Assembly: GCA_032126655.1 (NCBI GenBank)
Contig: JAQBAU010000263.1
Location: forward strand, 1 to 48,018
Direction of reading: 5' to 3'
DNA from: Desulfobacterales bacterium
GTDB taxonomy: Bacteria; Desulfobacterota; Desulfobacteria; Desulfobacterales; C00003060
DNA: 48,018 nucleotides
The notes beneath the pieces were generated by a model, which saw nothing but the letters and a program-made list of their open reading frames with translations, had not been told where the DNA came from and ran no database searches. Both the position numbers and the translations under genes were made by a program. Shown one piece after another: positions 44,131 through 48,018 of the stretch. Each line of letters begins with the position of its first letter. The first letter of the stretch is position 1.

Positions 44131-45243
44131 TCAAGACGGGGAGGCTTCAAAAATTCCTGACCGCACCGCCTGTGGGCGGTTCTCCTTGTTAAGATGTTCC
44201 TTGAGTTTTTGGAAGACTGCTTCCCCCTCTTTTTGCCAACCGAGCTGCGTCTGATATGATTGATGGGGTTTGAACGGATGCCGGCATTCCTCAAGCGGGG
44301 ATCCTATGATTCTGATAGTGTCGATGTTGCCTTCTCCCAGTCCATCCTGGCTGCAGAAGCTCAGATAACCGATCGATTCGGGATCAAACCCCATCAGGTG
44401 CGCAGCGACTGTGTCGACCGCTACCCCATCTGTACCGGCGACAGCCACGCCCCAGTCAACCTTGTTTCCGGAGACCGGCCCATTTCCTTCCATGGCGGCG
44501 AAACCATCCAGCACACACAAGTGGGGAGGGATGATGCGGACAAGCTGGTAGAGAAACAAATGTATCCTCAGGTAGCCCTGGTGCAAGCGGACCTTGTCGC
44601 TGCCCGAGAATTTCGTAATACCCATTCGACTCAACCCCTGGAAAGAAAACAGGGGTTTCAGGCAGGACGGAACCACTTTGATGAGTCGATCCACAGCGCC
44701 CCCCATGAGGTTCACCAGGTTGAATCCCATATCACGAATGAGACTGCCAACGACCATATTCTTGAGACTCAGGGTCACCACCGCGGCATCATGGGTCTTG
44801 GGGATCGAGAGGGAGATTCGGTGGTCACTCTCCATCATCGTTTTTGATATGCGAAAGGGTTGGGGCTTTAGTTCTTCATCGTAGAGTGCCACAGTTTCAT
44901 AAAGATCCCTGTTCAAATCGAAAAGTTCAACGTCTCCATATCTTTCCGCTAGTGTGGTAAAGCCAAAATGCTTGTAGCCCTCAAATGTGTCGGAGGCGGC
45001 AGCGCCTTCGGCTATGATCACCGGATGGTCACTCTCCGTGCGGATATGATCGATTACTGCCTTTGCGGCGTCTCGATGGGTAGCTGCCAACTGAACCTTT
45101 GTGGACACAAAGTTCGGTTTCACAATATGTTTCTTCCCAAAGACTGCTTTTTCACCCAGGAGGGCCAAAGCCTCTCTGATATTATCGTAACGGTCTGGAC
45201 CCTTAACAAGGGCTACGGTACTGGAGCTTGGTGTTGTCATCAT
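44131..45243 (-). CDS. DUF362-domain protein
   Basis: 370 aa. V.KPNFVS....ATHRDAAKAVIDHI and the later LSIPKTHD / MEGNGP blocks resemble DUF362 proteins. Confidence 0.6.
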   Translation of the reverse strand: MMTTPSSSTVALVKGPDRYDNIREALALLGEKAVFGKKHIVKPNFVSTKVQLAATHRDAAKAVIDHIRTESDHPVIIAEGAAASDTFEGYKHFGFTTLAERYGDVELFDLNRDLYETVALYDEELKPQPFRISKTMMESDHRISLSIPKTHDAAVVTLSLKNMVVGSLIRDMGFNLVNLMGGAVDRLIKVVPSCLKPLFSFQGLSRMGITKFSGSDKVRLHQGYLRIHLFLYQLVRIIPPHLCVLDGFAAMEGNGPVSGNKVDWGVAVAGTDGVAVDTVAAHLMGFDPESIGYLSFCSQDGLGEGNIDTIRIIGSPLEECRHPFKPHQSYQTQLGWQKEGEAVFQKLKEHLNKENRPQAVRSGIFEASPS

Positions 45244-45263
45244 TGTTCAACAGAGGGTTTGCC

Positions 45264-45548
45264 TCATGTTCGTTTGCGCGTTCTCTCAAGTGAGGGATGG
45301 AACTTTCCCCGAACCCCTCCGATCTTCCTGTCGGCTTTCTTGTGCTTGTCGTAATGCTCGTCCTTCAAGATTTTCAACTGGACGTCCCTTAACCTGGCCC
45401 TTTGTGCCTGTTCAAAAGAGCACTCCTCTCTAGGCCAGTTCGCCTTTTTTGCCTGTGACATCTTTTGACTGGCGAGTTGGAGTTTGTGAAGCTCTCTGGA
45501 GATCTCAGGATTCAAAGAGGATTCCGTCTTTTTTCCTTTTTGTGGCAT
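45264..45548 (-). CDS. Small basic hypothetical protein (94 aa)
   Basis: Strong GAGGAGG Shine-Dalgarno 5 nt before the ATG. Lys/Arg-rich. Lies 10 nt downstream of malQ. Confidence 0.55.
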   Translation of the reverse strand: MPQKGKKTESSLNPEISRELHKLQLASQKMSQAKKANWPREECSFEQAQRARLRDVQLKILKDEHYDKHKKADRKIGGVRGKFHPSLERTRKRT

Positions 45549-45558
45549 AGTACCTCCT

Positions 45559-47850
45559 CTATGCTACGTGTTTGTTTCGTCCGGATTTCTCGACTACCTT
45601 CCTAAACACCTCGCAAAATCTCCTCACTTCCGAGTCACTGCTGAGTTGTTCCACCGTATGTTTCATCTTTAATGACCAGTTTGGGTATTCCGATGTCGTT
45701 CCTGGCAGATTTTGCTGGTCTGTCTCTTTGAACAGATCTTCTTGGCTTACAAGAAATAATTTGGCGGGTGTCATGGCAAGAAAGCCTATCACCGCAGTAA
45801 GGATCTCCTCACTCACTTCTTCATGGGCGCTTGTATTATCGCTATAGGCTTCAGGAAGGAGCTCAAGGACCTTCAGAACATCGAACAGTCTCCGCTTGTC
45901 AGATTCTCTTTCGTTAGATGCATTGATCACAGCCTGTGGGTCGTTGAACATGCCCGCTTCCTCCCGAATCTTAACATCGGCATGCATCCAAAATCCGGCC
46001 AGCGTGGGCAGATCATGGGTTGTGATCGTTACAAGCGCCAGTTCAGGGTAGTTCTGTGGAAGTATGAAATTCTGTTGTTCATCCTTTTCAAAATAGAGGA
46101 GCCTGTATGACAGCACATTTGCCTCAGCCAATGCATCTCGTATGTACGGTGGCACCGTCCCCAGGTCCTCACCGATAATCACGACTTTATTCCGAACGCT
46201 TTCCAAGGCGATAATCCTGAGTAAATCCTGAAAAGGTTGAGTTAGGTAGGCCCCGTTCTTAGGCAGGTCGCCTTCAGGAACACAATAAAGGTGGAATAAC
46301 CTCATTACGTGATCAATTCGCAACGCTCCGGCGAAAGCGCAGTTCTTCTGGATCTCTCTAACAAAGAAGTCATACCCGGTCTGACTAAGCTTCTCCATGT
46401 TGGGGAGGAGGAGGCCCCAATCTTGGCCTTGTTGGGAGAAGGCATCCGGCGGGGCTCCCAAGCGTAGTCCAGGGACAAAAGAATCCTGATACGCCCAGAA
46501 GTCAGCACTGAAACGGTCAACCCCCAGAGCCAGGTCATGATAAAGCCCAAGAGACATCCCAAGTCCCTTCGCGTGCTCCTGCACGTGTGCGAGCTGTTCC
46601 TCGAGCTGCCATTGGATGAACTTGTAGAAAAGGACCTCTTCCCAACGAATCTTTTGAAACTGCCTCACTGCTTCCGTGTCGGGTCGATGGTATTCCGGTG
46701 GCCATTGTGACCAGACCCACATCTCCGGATCCTGCGAGCGGAGGACTGAATCAAGGGCACAGAATGTGGCAAAGTGGTCCAATGGGGCCCCTTCCCTTTC
46801 CATATAGTCCTCAAAGTCCTTTTGCCGGTCGGTCTTGGCTTTGCCCCCATTCCAGTGTTTTCCAAGAAAACTCCTGAAGACTTTCTCAAGCACCTTGTGC
46901 TTCAACGCTGCCACCTTCTCGTAGGCGACCGTGTGCGATGCCCTGACTTCGTCGAGCAGACGTCGTGTCTCAGGAGCGTTGACCAGGTCTTGGGCCTTTG
47001 GCGAATCTTGATAGTCCTCCATGGCGGGCACATCAAGGTAGATGAAGTTACGGTAGAATCGGCTCATTGGGAGATATGGACTCGTATTGAATGGCCTGCG
47101 GTTGAAGGTGGCGTGGAGAGGATTCAAACCGACCAGGCTGGCATGCAAGTCGTGAGCCGCCCAACGCAGAATTTCCTTCAAATCGCCCAAGTCACCGATG
47201 CCCCAATTTCTCTCAGATCGCACTCCGTAAAGGCTTATGCCAATACCGGCCACGCGTCTTTCGCCCTCCAAGGCGGGAGGGGTGTAAGCCTGTCTGGGGC
47301 ATACGGCAACCGAGATCACCTGCGACCACCGCTCATTTCCAGTGCTTGCAGATAGATGAAACTTGTAATAGCCCAGAGCTTGGAGTCTTGGGAATGGAAG
47401 GCCCCAGTGTTCGTACACCCTTTCCCCTACGGTGTTGCTCTCACGCAATGCCAAGTCCTTGTGAGAAAAATGGAAGCTTTGGACATTACCGTTTTCGTGT
47501 GTGACTTCCAGGGCCACCTCTATATGCGGCGTTGACGGATCTTCGGAAGGGCCTTGCCGGGTACGGGGGATTTGAAACAGCAGCTCGTTGGGGAGGCTGG
47601 CGAGGCAGGCCACGATGGCGGGTTCTGTCAGTTGGGCCCGTTGATTTTCCTGCCGGACATGCCATGCCTTGCTTGCACGTGCCTCTGTGTCAATGTCAAC
47701 GCCGAGTGCTTTGAGGATATTTTGGTTTGTGTCGAGGGAGGGGCGTTGGAGGGTCCCCCAATTGTCCGTGTACTCTTGCTCAATGCCCAGAGACACGGCC
47801 AATGCGTTTATGATCTGTTCGTGTGACAGTCTGGACAAACCACCTTTCAC
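45559..47850 (-). CDS. malQ: 4-alpha-glucanotransferase (amylomaltase, GH77), long form
   Basis: 763 aa. GIGISLYGVRSERNWGIGDLGDL, DQDWGLLLPN, LRIDHVM and ITTHDLPT are GH77 signatures. Confidence 0.9.
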   Translation of the reverse strand: MKGGLSRLSHEQIINALAVSLGIEQEYTDNWGTLQRPSLDTNQNILKALGVDIDTEARASKAWHVRQENQRAQLTEPAIVACLASLPNELLFQIPRTRQGPSEDPSTPHIEVALEVTHENGNVQSFHFSHKDLALRESNTVGERVYEHWGLPFPRLQALGYYKFHLSASTGNERWSQVISVAVCPRQAYTPPALEGERRVAGIGISLYGVRSERNWGIGDLGDLKEILRWAAHDLHASLVGLNPLHATFNRRPFNTSPYLPMSRFYRNFIYLDVPAMEDYQDSPKAQDLVNAPETRRLLDEVRASHTVAYEKVAALKHKVLEKVFRSFLGKHWNGGKAKTDRQKDFEDYMEREGAPLDHFATFCALDSVLRSQDPEMWVWSQWPPEYHRPDTEAVRQFQKIRWEEVLFYKFIQWQLEEQLAHVQEHAKGLGMSLGLYHDLALGVDRFSADFWAYQDSFVPGLRLGAPPDAFSQQGQDWGLLLPNMEKLSQTGYDFFVREIQKNCAFAGALRIDHVMRLFHLYCVPEGDLPKNGAYLTQPFQDLLRIIALESVRNKVVIIGEDLGTVPPYIRDALAEANVLSYRLLYFEKDEQQNFILPQNYPELALVTITTHDLPTLAGFWMHADVKIREEAGMFNDPQAVINASNERESDKRRLFDVLKVLELLPEAYSDNTSAHEEVSEEILTAVIGFLAMTPAKLFLVSQEDLFKETDQQNLPGTTSEYPNWSLKMKHTVEQLSSDSEVRRFCEVFRKVVEKSGRNKHVA

Positions 47851-48018
47851 GGTAGCAATGAAATCTGAACCCAGTCTGTGTGTCTATAGGTAAGAAGCAA
47901 GGTTGACAAAGATGATGCGTGTTTTGGATTGCCCTCAATGATTTTCTAATAATATCAATTAAGCGATGTGGCGTCAACCGAGAAAGGAGTCCCTGATCCA
48001 CCGTCTGTCAAGTTTGCC

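Overview
48-kb chromosomal window. Gene content (multihaem cytochromes, haem-motif chemoreceptor, gene order) suggests a deltaproteobacterial-type (Desulfobacterota-like) anaerobe; that taxonomic call is inference only. I found no CRISPR array, rRNA, transposase or integrase.

Left half, about 1-26.4 kb, is mostly core housekeeping:
- a 5'-truncated surface protein with tandem Ig-like repeats
- mgsA, hisB, a lipoprotein and hisA
- yqeY-dnaG-rpoD, with no rpsU
- a CAU-anticodon tRNA, a COG1579 zinc-ribbon protein and RNase P RNA (rnpB)
- an unusual 437-aa protein ending in an HPr-like domain
- ispD, pyrD and the xseA-xseB-ispA-dxs operon
- a tightly overlapping minus-strand set: small protein, HD/dGTPase-like, ATP-grasp, GT2, Mut7-C
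- a LolB-like lipoprotein, a TPR lipoprotein and rpoH

After a tRNA-Arg(TCT) comes about 6 kb of accessory-looking DNA: a decayed non-coding stretch, a C-terminal gene remnant, TVP38/DedA-like, PilZ, REC-LuxR, YwqK/MORN and small membrane proteins.

The most interesting element is a 10-gene minus-strand chemosensory operon (32.6-42.1 kb): STAS, cheY, cheA, tetrahaem cytochrome c, MCP with a periplasmic CXXCH motif and PAS, cheW, cheR, cheD, cheB, REC-GGDEF. This is a Wsp-like pathway with c-di-GMP output that appears wired to a haem/redox input. Its CheA carries tandem T2SSE_N/MshEN-like motifs where P2 normally sits. Its cheR is interrupted by a single in-frame TAG.

Further right are a ComB / hypothetical / PRAI-like / DUF362 operon, a small basic protein and malQ.

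Other observations: a decayed tandem amplification of the pyrD translation-start region with alternative pairings around the RBS; a perfect-consensus sigma70 promoter with a roughly 200-nt leader before yqeY; and direct repeats flanking mgsA.
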